Part shown: in pieces, positions 1-8,494 of the stretch
Layout: every line of letters begins with the position of its first letter
Position numbering within the stretch: the first letter of the stretch is position 1
Assembly: GCA_963803995.1 (NCBI GenBank)
Contig: CAWDOT010000012.1
Location: 140,822 to 204,821 of the forward strand
DNA: 64,000 nucleotides
Reading direction: 5' to 3'
Source: an uncultured Acidobacteriota bacterium
Lineage (GTDB): Bacteria; Acidobacteriota; Thermoanaerobaculia; Multivoradales; JAGPDF01
Notes under the pieces: generated by a model
Seen by the model: the letters and a program-made list of their open reading frames with translations, nothing else
What the model was told of the DNA's origin: nothing
The model's database searches: none
Program-made: the position numbers and the translations under genes

Positions 1-27
1 CTCATCATCGGGATCTCTCCGGAGAGG

Positions 28-465
28 TCAGGGGTGTTCGGGAACGAGCTCGACGGTCAGTCCGTCGACGCGCTCGACCCGGCAGCGCTCGCCGACGACC
101 AGCGCGCGCGCCGAGAGGTTGCGGGCGCGCCAGGGCGTGCCGCGCAGCTCGGCGCGTCCGATCTCGCCGGCGGCGATCGCGTCGATCGCGACCGCCGTCT
201 CGCCGACCACGTCGGGCGGACCGCCGACGACGCCGCGGGGTCCGATCCGGGCGAGAAGCGGCCTTCTGAACAGCAGGAGCGAGGCGATCGAGAGCGCGCT
301 GAACAGCAGCCACTGGAGCGCCGGCGAGACGACGATCCCCGCGGCGGCGAGCGCCCCGGTGACGAGCGCGCCGACGCCGAAGAAGATGATGAAGAAGCCG
401 CCCGGCGTCAGCAACTCGCCGAGCAGCAGGAAGAATCCGCCCAGCACCCACGCCCACCAGACCAT
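28..465 (-). CDS. NfeD-family membrane protein
   Basis: 145-aa ORF. N-terminal hydrophobic helices (WAWVLGGFFLLLGELLTPGGFFIIFFGVGALVTGALAAAGIVV) are followed by a soluble beta-rich C-terminal part (GETAVAIDAIAAGEIGRAELRGTPWRARN...VERVDGLTVELV), the NfeD/YbbJ layout. Another ATG on the same strand at nt 8 starts a gene that leaves the window and is too short to call. Confidence 0.75.
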   Translation of the reverse strand: MVWWAWVLGGFFLLLGELLTPGGFFIIFFGVGALVTGALAAAGIVVSPALQWLLFSALSIASLLLFRRPLLARIGPRGVVGGPPDVVGETAVAIDAIAAGEIGRAELRGTPWRARNLSARALVVGERCRVERVDGLTVELVPEHP

Positions 466-651
466 GTCGCTTCTCCCCCGCCCGAGAGCTTTCCCAGCGG
501 TGATGAAAGACTAGAGAAAAAGCGCCATAGAAGAAAGGACTTTGACGCGCGGAGCTCGCGCTGGTCGGACGAAGGTCGTGACGGACGGCCCGGCACGCTG
601 CCGAATGGACCCGCTCCCGCGCGCCCGGGGGGCGCGCAGGGGGCAGGCAGA

Positions 652-3600
652 TCAGGCGCTGGCCGCCGCCGTCTCCGGCTGGAGCTCCTCGAGCTGGACG
701 GCTACCAGTTTGGAGACGCCGCGCTCCTCCATGGTCACCCCGTAGAGCGTGCCGCAGACCTCCATCGACAGCTTGTTGTGGGTGATCACGATGCACTGCG
801 TCTCCTGCGACAGCTGCTTCAGCATGGCGACGAAGCGCAGCGTGTTGACGTCGTCGAGCGGGGCGTCGACCTCGTCGAGGATGCAGAAGGGCGAGGGCTT
901 GATGCGGAACAGCGCGAAGAGCAGCGCGATCGCGGTCAGCGCCTTCTCGCCGCCCGACATGAGCATCAGGTTCTGGAGCCGCTTGCCGGGGGGGCGGGCG
1001 ACGATCTCGATGCCGCTCTCGAGCAGGTCCTCCTCGTCCATCAGCCGCATCTCGGCTTCGCCGCCGCGGAAGAGCTCGACGAAGGTGCGCGAGAACTGCT
1101 CGTTGACCAGCGCGAAGGCCTCCTTGAAGCGCGCGCTCGAGGTCTGGTTGATCTCGCGGATGGTCGAGCGCAGCGACTCGACCGAGCGCGCGACGTCGGC
1201 GCGCTGTACGGTGAGGAACTTGTGGCGCTCCTCTTCCGCGGTGTACTCCTCGGCGGCGAGCACGTTGACCGGCCCGAACGCCTCGACCTGCTCGCGCAGG
1301 CGGGCGAGATCGACCTCGAGCTCGGCGAGATTGGCCGGGACCTCGCCGGGGATCTCCGGCGGGATCTCGCCGCAGCGCTCGGCGAGCTCGGCCTCGAGGT
1401 GGGCCGCATCGCGCTCCAGGCCGGTCAGAGCCACGCGCAGCTCCTCGACCCGGCCGCGCGCCCCGTCGTGCTCGACACGCGCCGCCGTCACCGACTCGTC
1501 GCGCCGGCGCACCGCCTGACGCTCGGCGTCGAGGCGATCCTCCTCGGCGCGCACCACCTCCTCGCCGCCGGCGCGCAGCTCGAGCGCCTCCTGGAGATCC
1601 TGGGCGGCCCGCGCCATGCCCTGCTCGAGCTCGTGCTTGCGGCCGGCGAGCCCGTCGGCCTCGGCGATCCACGCGGCGCCTTCCTGGCGCGCGGCCTCGA
1701 TCTCGCGTTCGATCCGCGAGGCCTGCTGTTCGAGCGAACGCAGCCGCTCGGTCAGCACGTCGAGCTGTCCGCGCCGGCCGGCGCCGAGCGCGCGCACCGA
1801 TTCGCGCTCGCGACGGATCCCCTCGACCTCCTGGCGCAGCCCGTCGAAGCCCCGCTCGCGTCCGGCGTGCAGCGCTTCGAGCCGGCCGAGCTCGTCGCCG
1901 GACTCCTGCCGGAGCCGCGCCAGGCGCTCGAGCTCGCCCGCGAGATCGGACTGCTCGCGCTGGAGCGACGCCTCGCTGGTCGAGAGGCGGCGGTGCCGCC
2001 CCGAGAGCTCTTCGCGCCGCGCGCCGGTCACCGCGCGCTCCTGGCGCAGCGCGGCGACCTCCTCCTGCAGGCGGTGGATGCCCTGGGCCGATTCGGCGCG
2101 TCGCGCGACCAGCGTCTCGATGTCGGCGCTCGTCGTCTCGACCTCGCCGCCGAGCCGGTCGATCTCGCCCTCGAGGTCGCCGAGCTCGCTCGTCCGCGCG
2201 AGGAAGCCGGGCAACGCCTCCGCGCCCTGGAGGTGGACGACGCCGCCCTCGATCCAGAGACGGTCGCGGGTCAGGAAGGCGACGCCGGGCCAGAGCCGGG
2301 CCAGCCGCTCGGCGGCCGCCGCGTCCTCGACCAGGAAGGCGGGGGGCAGCGCGCGCGCGAGCTCGGGCGCCAGGCCGAGGGCGTCGCCCAGCGAGGCGAC
2401 GATCGCGGCGTCCTGCGGTCGCGGCCACGCCGCGGGCTCGATCGCGACCGGTTCGAGCAGCGCGCCCGCGGAGCGGCCGCGACCGGCGAGCCGGGCGGCG
2501 AGCTCCAGGCCGGAGGAGCCCTCCGGCACGAGCACCGCTTCCAGCAGCTCGCCGAGGTAGAGGTCGAGGCTGGTTTCCCAGCCGCGCAGCGCGTGAACGC
2601 GGGCGCCCAGGCGCGCCGGATCGGCGACGCCCGCCTCGGCGAGCCGGCTGGCGAGCTCGGCCTCCCGGCCGGCTTCGCTCTCGGCGAGCTCGGCCAGGAA
2701 CCGCTGGCGCTCGCCGCGTGCGGCGTGCTCGGTCTCGAGCCCGCGCAACCGCTCGGCCGCGGTCTTCTCCTGGGCGAGCAGCGCCTCGAGCGCGGCGCGC
2801 GCGACGCCCAGGCGCTCCTCGCGGCCGGCGAGCTCGGCGTCGATCTCGGCCAGGCGCGATTCGGCCGCGGCGAGCTCGCGCGCGGCCTCCTCGAGCTCCT
2901 GGGTGCGCTGGTGAAGCTCCTCGAACAGGTGGCGCTGGCGGAAGCTGCCGCGCTCGTTCTCGATCTGCTCGCGGTGGACGCGCTGGCGCAGCGCGTCGAG
3001 CTCGCCCAGCGAGGCGAGCAGCTCGCGCCGCGCCGCCTCGAGCCGCGCGTCGGCATCGGCGGCGGCGCGCTCGACCTCGCGCAGGCGGGCGCCGTCCGCC
3101 TCGACCTCGGCCGCGGCGCGATCGTGGTCGGCGACCAGCGCAGCGCGCCGCTCGGCGAGCTCCGCGGCCGCGGCGGCGCGCTGCGTCGTCTCGTCCGACC
3201 GGCGGGCCGCCAGTGCCGCGCCGGCGCCTAGGCGGGCGTCGATCTCGGCCAGGGTCCGGCGGGCGCCCGCCAGGTACTGCTGGCGCCCCTCGATCGTCGC
3301 GCCCAGCTCGGCCTGCCGGCGCGCCCGCTCCGCGAGCGCTTCGGCCATCTGTTCGACGGTCTCGCGCAACGCGGCGAGCTCCGCTTCCTGGCGATGCACG
3401 TCGGCCGCGAGGTCGGTCTCGGCGGTCTGCGCCGCGCCGAGCGCGATGCGCCGCTCGGCGAGCTCGCCGGCGAGGCGCGCCCAGCGCCCGAGCAGCACCG
3501 TGCGCTGCAGCGCGTCGAGCTCGCCCCGGCGCTCCTGATAGCGGCGCGCGGCGCCGGCCTGGCGCTTGAGGGAGCGCAGGTTGCGCTCGACCTCGGAGAC

Positions 3601-4185
3601 GATGTCGTCGAGCCGGAGCAGGTTGGCGGAGGCCTCCTCGAGCTTGACCTCGGCGACCTTCTTGCGCGCCTTGTAGCGCGTGATGCCGGCGGCCTCCTCG
3701 ATCAGCTTCCGGCGCTCCTGCGGCTTGCCCGAGAGGATCAGACCGATCTTGCCCTGCTCGATCACCGAGTAGGCTCGGATGCCGAGGCCGGTGTCCATCA
3801 GCAGATCCTTGATCTCCTTGAGCCGGACGATCTTGCCGTTGATCCGGTACTGGCTCTCGCCGCTCCGGAAGACGCGGCGCGAGATCGTCACCCGGCCGTC
3901 GTCGCTGCCCGCGAAGCCCGGGTCGGCGAGGAAGGAGAGGGTCACCTCGCCCATGCCGAGCGGCTTGCGCTTCTCGGATCCGTTGAAGATCACGTCTTCC
4001 ATCGTCTCGCCGCGCAGGGTCTTGGCGCTCTGCTCGCCGAGCACCCAGGTGATGGCGTCGGCGAGGTTCGACTTGCCGCAGCCGTTGGGCCCGACGATGC
4101 CGGTCACGCCGCCCGCGAAGCGCAGCTCGACGGGGTCGACGAAGGACTTGAATCCGGACAGCTCCAGACGATCGAGTTTGAGCAT
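652..4185 (-). CDS. smc: Chromosome segregation protein SMC
   Basis: ORF 652..4593 trimmed to the ATG at 4185 (MLKLDRLELSGFKSF). Walker A GPNGCGKSN, very long Ala/Glu/Arg-rich coiled-coil arms with a central hinge, C-terminal signature SGGEKALTAIALLFA and Walker B ILDEVDAPLD. 1177 aa with no frame disruption. Confidence 0.95.
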   Translation of the reverse strand: MLKLDRLELSGFKSFVDPVELRFAGGVTGIVGPNGCGKSNLADAITWVLGEQSAKTLRGETMEDVIFNGSEKRKPLGMGEVTLSFLADPGFAGSDDGRVTISRRVFRSGESQYRINGKIVRLKEIKDLLMDTGLGIRAYSVIEQGKIGLILSGKPQERRKLIEEAAGITRYKARKKVAEVKLEEASANLLRLDDIVSEVERNLRSLKRQAGAARRYQERRGELDALQRTVLLGRWARLAGELAERRIALGAAQTAETDLAADVHRQEAELAALRETVEQMAEALAERARRQAELGATIEGRQQYLAGARRTLAEIDARLGAGAALAARRSDETTQRAAAAAELAERRAALVADHDRAAAEVEADGARLREVERAAADADARLEAARRELLASLGELDALRQRVHREQIENERGSFRQRHLFEELHQRTQELEEAARELAAAESRLAEIDAELAGREERLGVARAALEALLAQEKTAAERLRGLETEHAARGERQRFLAELAESEAGREAELASRLAEAGVADPARLGARVHALRGWETSLDLYLGELLEAVLVPEGSSGLELAARLAGRGRSAGALLEPVAIEPAAWPRPQDAAIVASLGDALGLAPELARALPPAFLVEDAAAAERLARLWPGVAFLTRDRLWIEGGVVHLQGAEALPGFLARTSELGDLEGEIDRLGGEVETTSADIETLVARRAESAQGIHRLQEEVAALRQERAVTGARREELSGRHRRLSTSEASLQREQSDLAGELERLARLRQESGDELGRLEALHAGRERGFDGLRQEVEGIRRERESVRALGAGRRGQLDVLTERLRSLEQQASRIEREIEAARQEGAAWIAEADGLAGRKHELEQGMARAAQDLQEALELRAGGEEVVRAEEDRLDAERQAVRRRDESVTAARVEHDGARGRVEELRVALTGLERDAAHLEAELAERCGEIPPEIPGEVPANLAELEVDLARLREQVEAFGPVNVLAAEEYTAEEERHKFLTVQRADVARSVESLRSTIREINQTSSARFKEAFALVNEQFSRTFVELFRGGEAEMRLMDEEDLLESGIEIVARPPGKRLQNLMLMSGGEKALTAIALLFALFRIKPSPFCILDEVDAPLDDVNTLRFVAMLKQLSQETQCIVITHNKLSMEVCGTLYGVTMEERGVSKLVAVQLEELQPETAAASA

Positions 4186-4288
4186 TCCCGCTCCCAGAAG
4201 GCGAAGTCGAAAAGTACCAGAAGGACTGGCGGACGCACAAGATCTTGGGGTATCTTCCGCCAGCGTAACTACATATGGGAGATCGACC

Positions 4289-5068
4289 GTGACCGGGCGG
4301 AGGGGGGCCGGAGTCGTCCTGGCGCTGGTGGCGGGGCTCGCCGGAGCCGCGCGCGGGCAAGCTCCGTTCGTCACCGACGACGCCGGGACCGCGGCGCCCC
4401 GCCAGGTGCATGCCGAGCTGTTCGCGATCGGCTCCGACCTGCCCGACTCCGACCATCCGGCGAGTGCCCAGCGGACGCTGGTGCTGTCCCTGGCGACCGG
4501 CCTCGGCCCGGCGGTCGAAGTGGGGCTCGACTGGCCCTGGATCGGCATCCGGTCGGACGGGGCGGCGGACGTTGCCGGCGGCGGCGACCTCAATGTTTAC
4601 GTGAAATGGCGCTGTTTCGAGGGTGCTGGTGGCGGTCCGGCGCTCGCGCTGGTGGGCGCCCTGGAGTTGCCGACCGGCGACGAAGCCAAGGGGCTGGGCT
4701 CGGGAGAACGGGACGAGACGCTCAATGCCGTCGCCGAGTGGGTCGGCGTGGGCGGGGTCGACCTCCGGGCGAATCTCGGGGTCGTCTTCGCCGGCAACTC
4801 GCTGACCGGCAAGGTCGGCCTCACCACGGATTCGCGCATCTGGACCGGAGGAGTCTCGGCGACGGTGGAACGGGCTCGATTCGCGGTCGGCGCCGAGGTC
4901 ACCGCGGCGGTGGGGCAGCGCGCGGGGGAAAACAGCCGGGAACTGCGTCTCCAGGCCGGTCTCCGCCGGGCTTTCGGCTCGCGTTCGACCCTGGGATTCG
5001 GCGTTCAGCGGGGCTGGCAAGAGGCGCCCCCCTGGCAGGCGCTGCTGGGAGTCACGATCGACCTCTGA
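4289..5068 (+). CDS. Secreted outer-membrane beta-barrel-like protein (family uncertain)
   Basis: In-frame GTG at 4289 preceded by GGGAG (4278-4282). Signal peptide VTGRRGAGVVLALVAGLAGAARGQAP, then alternating Gly/aromatic-rich amphipathic beta-strand pattern to the C-terminus (WQALLGVTIDL). The upstream part of ORF 3779..5068 is antisense to smc and was discarded. Confidence 0.55.
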   Translation: MTGRRGAGVVLALVAGLAGAARGQAPFVTDDAGTAAPRQVHAELFAIGSDLPDSDHPASAQRTLVLSLATGLGPAVEVGLDWPWIGIRSDGAADVAGGGDLNVYVKWRCFEGAGGGPALALVGALELPTGDEAKGLGSGERDETLNAVAEWVGVGGVDLRANLGVVFAGNSLTGKVGLTTDSRIWTGGVSATVERARFAVGAEVTAAVGQRAGENSRELRLQAGLRRAFGSRSTLGFGVQRGWQEAPPWQALLGVTIDL

Positions 5069-5081
5069 GCGGGGCCGCGCG

Positions 5082-5102
5082 CAGGGCCCGCGCCGGGCCC
5101 TG
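5082..5102 (+). terminator. GC-rich hairpin after the OM barrel gene (possible terminator, no U-tract)
   Basis: CAGGGCCCG-CGC-CGGGCCCTG, a perfect 9-bp stem with a 3-nt loop, 14 nt after the stop at 5068. No T-run follows, so its function is uncertain. Confidence 0.3.
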
Positions 5103-5196
5103 CTGATAGGCTGATCGCCGTCGCTCGACCGCGGAGGCACTCCTGGCGCGAACTTCGATCCGCTCGAAGCTCTTCCTGAGCCACTTCCTCGCCGTC

Positions 5197-6564
5197 GTGC
5201 TGGTGTCCGGGAGCATCGGCACCTACTTCTACCGCCAGGCGACGGGCTCACTGCTGGAGAGTCTGCGGGCGCGGCTCGCGTACAGCGCGGGGCTGCTCTC
5301 GCGCGCGCTCGACGCCGCCGAGCTCGACGCGATCCTGGGCCCCGCCGACGCCGAACGTCCGGAGTACCGCCGCCATCTCGAGCTGCTGCGCGAGTTTCAG
5401 GGTGCCAACCGGGACGTCGCCTTCATCTATGTCATGCGCCGCGACGGCGACGAGGTCCGCTTCGTCCTCGATTCCGACTCGAGCCCCGATCAGGCGCGGC
5501 CTGGAGACCGCTACGAAGGTGCCCCGCCCCGCCTGCTGGAGGGCTTCGAGCGGCCGGCCGCCGACGACGCGATCGCCCGGGACCGGTGGGGCTACTTTCT
5601 CTCCGGCTACGCGCCGCTCAAGAACGGCGGCGGCCGCTACCTGGTCGGCATCGACATGCGCGCCGACGAGGTCCAGGCCAAGTTCGCGCGGATCCGGATC
5701 GCCGGCGGCGTCTCGCTCGTCCTTTCGATCCTGCTGGCCGCGCTTTTCAGCCAGTGGCTGGCGGCGCGCATCACCAGGCCCCTGTCGCGGGTGATCGACC
5801 GCACCGCCGAGATCGCTCGCGGCGAGCTGACCGGCGAGGTCCGGGTCACCGGAGACGACGAGCTCGAGGACCTGGCCGAGGCGGTCAACCGGATGGCCGC
5901 CGACCTGCTCGAGAGCCAGCGGCGGGGCGAGCAGGCGCGCGCCGAACTGGTCCGGACCAACGCGACTCTCGAGGAGCGGATCGACGAGCGCACTCGGCAG
6001 CTCACCGAGGTCAACGACACGCTGCGCGCCGAGATCGAGGAGCGCAAGGCGGTGGAGATCCGGCTGGAGCGCGCGGCGACGATCGACCACCTGACCGGCC
6101 TGTTCAACCGGGCGGCCATGCTCCGACTGCTCGACCAGGAGGTCGAGCGGATGCGACGGGCGACGGCGCCCTTCTCGCTCTTGCTCGCCGACCTGGACTT
6201 CTTCAAGCCGATCAACGATCGCTTCGGCCACGGCGTCGGCGACGAGACGCTGCTCCGGATCTCGGCGATCCTGCGCGGCACGTTGCGCGGCCAGGACGCC
6301 CTCTGCCGGTGGGGAGGCGACGAGCTGATGTTCTTCCTGCCCGAGACCTCGCTCGCCGGCGCCGCCGAGGTCGCCGAGAAGGCGCGCCGGCGGCTCGCCG
6401 AGGAGGTGCTGCCGATCGAGGAGCACCGGCTGCAGGTCACCCTGAGCCTGGGGGTCGCCGAGGCGCGCCTCGACGAGCCGGTGCGCGACCTCGTCCGCCG
6501 CGCCGACTCCGCGCTCTACCGCGCCAAGCTCGAGGGGCGCAACCTGGTGCGCACGGCCGGGTGA
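5197..6564 (+). CDS. Membrane sensor diguanylate cyclase (periplasmic sensor-HAMP-GGDEF)
   Basis: 455-aa ORF with a GTG start (N-terminus may be slightly longer). TM helix, ~150-aa extracytoplasmic region, second TM (IAGGVSLVLSILLAALFSQWLAA), HAMP (RPLSRVIDRTAEIARGEL...LAEAVNRMAADL), coiled coil, and a GGDEF domain (DHLTGLFNR, I-site RGQD, active-site variant GGDEL). Confidence 0.85.
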   Translation: MLVSGSIGTYFYRQATGSLLESLRARLAYSAGLLSRALDAAELDAILGPADAERPEYRRHLELLREFQGANRDVAFIYVMRRDGDEVRFVLDSDSSPDQARPGDRYEGAPPRLLEGFERPAADDAIARDRWGYFLSGYAPLKNGGGRYLVGIDMRADEVQAKFARIRIAGGVSLVLSILLAALFSQWLAARITRPLSRVIDRTAEIARGELTGEVRVTGDDELEDLAEAVNRMAADLLESQRRGEQARAELVRTNATLEERIDERTRQLTEVNDTLRAEIEERKAVEIRLERAATIDHLTGLFNRAAMLRLLDQEVERMRRATAPFSLLLADLDFFKPINDRFGHGVGDETLLRISAILRGTLRGQDALCRWGGDELMFFLPETSLAGAAEVAEKARRRLAEEVLPIEEHRLQVTLSLGVAEARLDEPVRDLVRRADSALYRAKLEGRNLVRTAG

Positions 6565-6631
6565 GCCGCCCGCGCGGCGGGGCCGGACGCCCGGTCCGGT
6601 CCGGAAGGCGCCCGCCGATGCGCACCGAGCC

Positions 6632-7243
6632 CTAGCTCGCGCGGCGGGTGTGGGCCGTGAAGTCGCGGATGTAGAAGGCCGCCCAGAGGATGAGCGGAAG
6701 CGCGAACTTGAAGGGGAGGTCGAGCAGGTGCTTGCCCAGGCCCCAGAAGTTCTGCGCGAAGGTGCCGTAGTGTGCCCGGCTCCAGTCGCCGAGCTGCGTG
6801 GCGTAGACGAACTTCACGAAGAAGAAGTAGAGCAACAGGTCGAAGAACACCGAAACCAGCGTCGCCCAGCCCAGATTCTCCCAGCGCCGCTTCGCCTCGA
6901 TGCCGGGCACCGCGAGGAAGAGCGCGAAGGTGAGAATCAGGTGGAAGTGCAGGTCGGTGACCCGGATCCGGTAGAGATAGCCCTTCTCGGCCAGGTAGTC
7001 GAGGCGGACGACCTGGGCGAAGTGGTCGAGGTAGTGCAGGCGCGTGACGTCCGGGCTCTCGGTGAAGTGGAGGAGCCGCTCGGTCGCGGCGGTCAGGAAG
7101 GGGTTGTAGATCGGCGTCAGCAGGAGCCAGACGATCGCCGCCGGCACGATGGCGAGCGCCAGGTTGCGCACGAAGCGGCGCATCCAGATCCCGTCGGCGG
7201 GCCGCGCCGCTCCGGGTCTTTCGCGCTCCTGCCGGTGGACCAT
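6632..7243 (-). CDS. Polytopic membrane protein immediately downstream of the exosortase (possible exosortase-associated partner)
   Basis: 203-aa ORF starting 19 nt after the exosortase stop on the same strand. Several hydrophobic helices (LALAIVPAAIVWLLLTPIY, HFHLILTFALFLAV, WATLVSVFFDLLLYFFFVKFVY, FKFALPLILWAAFYI). An alternative start is Met21 (nt 7183). The functional link is inferred from adjacency only. Confidence 0.6.
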   Translation of the reverse strand: MVHRQERERPGAARPADGIWMRRFVRNLALAIVPAAIVWLLLTPIYNPFLTAATERLLHFTESPDVTRLHYLDHFAQVVRLDYLAEKGYLYRIRVTDLHFHLILTFALFLAVPGIEAKRRWENLGWATLVSVFFDLLLYFFFVKFVYATQLGDWSRAHYGTFAQNFWGLGKHLLDLPFKFALPLILWAAFYIRDFTAHTRRAS

Positions 7244-7262
7244 GACGGCGGGCCCCCCGGCC

Positions 7263-7820
7263 TCAGGTCCGGGCTTCCGCGTCGGGCGGCGCCGGCGGCG
7301 CCAGGCGGTTGGCCCAGAGAATCCAGAGCAGCACGCCGGCCAGGATCACGATCGTCTGCCAGATCACGGTGTGCGAGCTGTCGAACAGCTTCGGGAAATA
7401 GACGCCGGTCAGGAAGAGCGCGACCACGCGCACCAGGTTGACGAGCTGGATCGCCACGAATCCGAACAGGAGCCCGGTCGCCCTCGACTTCCAGGGGGCC
7501 GGGAAGGCGAGCACCGCGGCGAAGTAGATGATCATCGCCTCGACGCCGTTGCATCCGTTCTTGATGTTGACCGCGAAGCGCGGGCTGCGGATGACCGTGC
7601 CCTGCATCTGGGTGCCCTGCCCGATCGCCGACAGAACGGCGCCCGAGGCGCGCGCGATCGCGCCGGTGAAGGGCTCGATGACGTGATCGTTGACCGGATT
7701 CCAGGCGATCAGGGTGAAGCCGCCGCCGAGCAGCACGACGAACACCACGAGGAAGCGCAGCTCCTGGCGGTAGCGGGCGAAGTACGAGGTTTCGGACGGA
7801 TTCGGCGGGGTCTCGGTCAT
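7263..7820 (-). CDS. Exosortase/archaeosortase-family transpeptidase, short form
   Basis: 185 aa, multi-TM. The family catalytic-type residues appear in the expected order: Cys in NGCNGVEAM, Arg in NLVRVV, His in SSHTVIW. Its size matches the shortest exosortase subfamilies (XrtH-like), but the subfamily cannot be assigned without HMMs. Confidence 0.8.
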   Translation of the reverse strand: MTETPPNPSETSYFARYRQELRFLVVFVVLLGGGFTLIAWNPVNDHVIEPFTGAIARASGAVLSAIGQGTQMQGTVIRSPRFAVNIKNGCNGVEAMIIYFAAVLAFPAPWKSRATGLLFGFVAIQLVNLVRVVALFLTGVYFPKLFDSSHTVIWQTIVILAGVLLWILWANRLAPPAPPDAEART

Positions 7821-7880
7821 GGCAGGTTCGCAGGCGAAGCCGAAAGCTTAGGTCAGCCGGCGTGCCGGCGACAAGGCGGC

Positions 7881-7909
7881 CGCCGCGGTTTGACATCGTG
7901 CGCGCCGGC
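7881..7909 (+). promoter_or_regulatory. Sigma-70-type promoter of the pyr operon
   Basis: TTGACA (7881-7886), a 17-nt spacer, then TACGAT (7904-7909). It is followed ~20 nt later by GGAG (7931-7934) and the TTG start at 7940. Confidence 0.5.
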
Positions 7910-7939
7910 TCGTACGATCTCGCCGCCTCTGGAGCCCCC

Positions 7940-8494
7940 TTGGAACTCGTCTCGAAGGCAACCATCCTCGACTCCGATCAGATCGGCCGCATCGTTCGCC
8001 GCATGGCGGGCGAGATCGCCGAGGCCCATCGCGGCACGGAAGGGCTGATGCTGATCGGCATCCGCACCCGCGGCGTGCCGCTCGCCGAGGGGCTCGCCCA
8101 GGAGATCGAACGCCTGGAGGGCAAGCGGCCGCCGATCGGCACCCTCGACATCACGCTCTACCGCGACGACCTCACCCTGGTGGCGCCCAAGCCGGTGGTG
8201 CGCGAGAGCCACTTCCCCGAGCCGATCCAGGACCGGGTGCTGGTTCTCTGCGACGACGTCCTCTACACCGGCCGCACCGTGCGGGCGGCGCTCGACGCGC
8301 TGCTCGACTTCGGCCGTCCGAAGGCGGTCCGGCTGGCGGTGCTGATCGACCGCGGCTGGCGCGAGCTGCCGATCCAGGCCGACTTCGTCGGCCGCCGGGT
8401 ACCGACCTCGTCGAGCGAGGTGATCAAGGTCTCCTGCGCCGAGACCGACGGCTCCGATCAGGTGCAGATCCTGGAGCGCCCGGCGGAGTCATGA
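7940..8494 (+). CDS. pyrR: Bifunctional pyrimidine operon regulator / uracil phosphoribosyltransferase PyrR
   Basis: Type I PRTase PRPP loop [19 protein letters not shown]. Further PyrR-like blocks are [24 protein letters not shown] and [18 protein letters not shown]. The start is placed at TTG 7940 (RBS GGAG) because the longer ORF start at 7862 lies upstream of the predicted promoter. The stop overlaps the pyrB ATG (ATGA). Confidence 0.9.
   Translation: MELVSKATILDSDQIGRIVRRMAGEIAEAHRGTEGLMLIGIRTRGVPLAEGLAQEIERLEGKRPPIGTLDITLYRDDLTLVAPKPVVRESHFPEPIQDRVLVLCDDVLYTGRTVRAALDALLDFGRPKAVRLAVLIDRGWRELPIQADFVGRRVPTSSSEVIKVSCAETDGSDQVQILERPAES

Noticed and set aside
5-5251. Giant ORFs such as 5..5251(-) 1748 aa, 34..3231(+) 1065 aa, 10567..12564(-), 13651..16011(-), 42647..45433(-), 55687..59127(-) 1146 aa, 59652..61655(+) and 61731..63614(+).
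   Set aside because: Their translations are monotonous Arg/Ala/Gly/Pro strings with no motifs. Each lies antisense to or out of frame with a gene that has clear family signatures. In ~70% GC DNA stop codons are rare, so such ORFs are expected by chance.
7862-7939. The longer pyrR start at 7862 given by the ORF track.
   Set aside because: It would place the start codon upstream of the near-consensus promoter (7881-7909). It would also add an Arg/Pro-rich leader with no PyrR homology. TTG 7940 with a GGAG RBS fits better.
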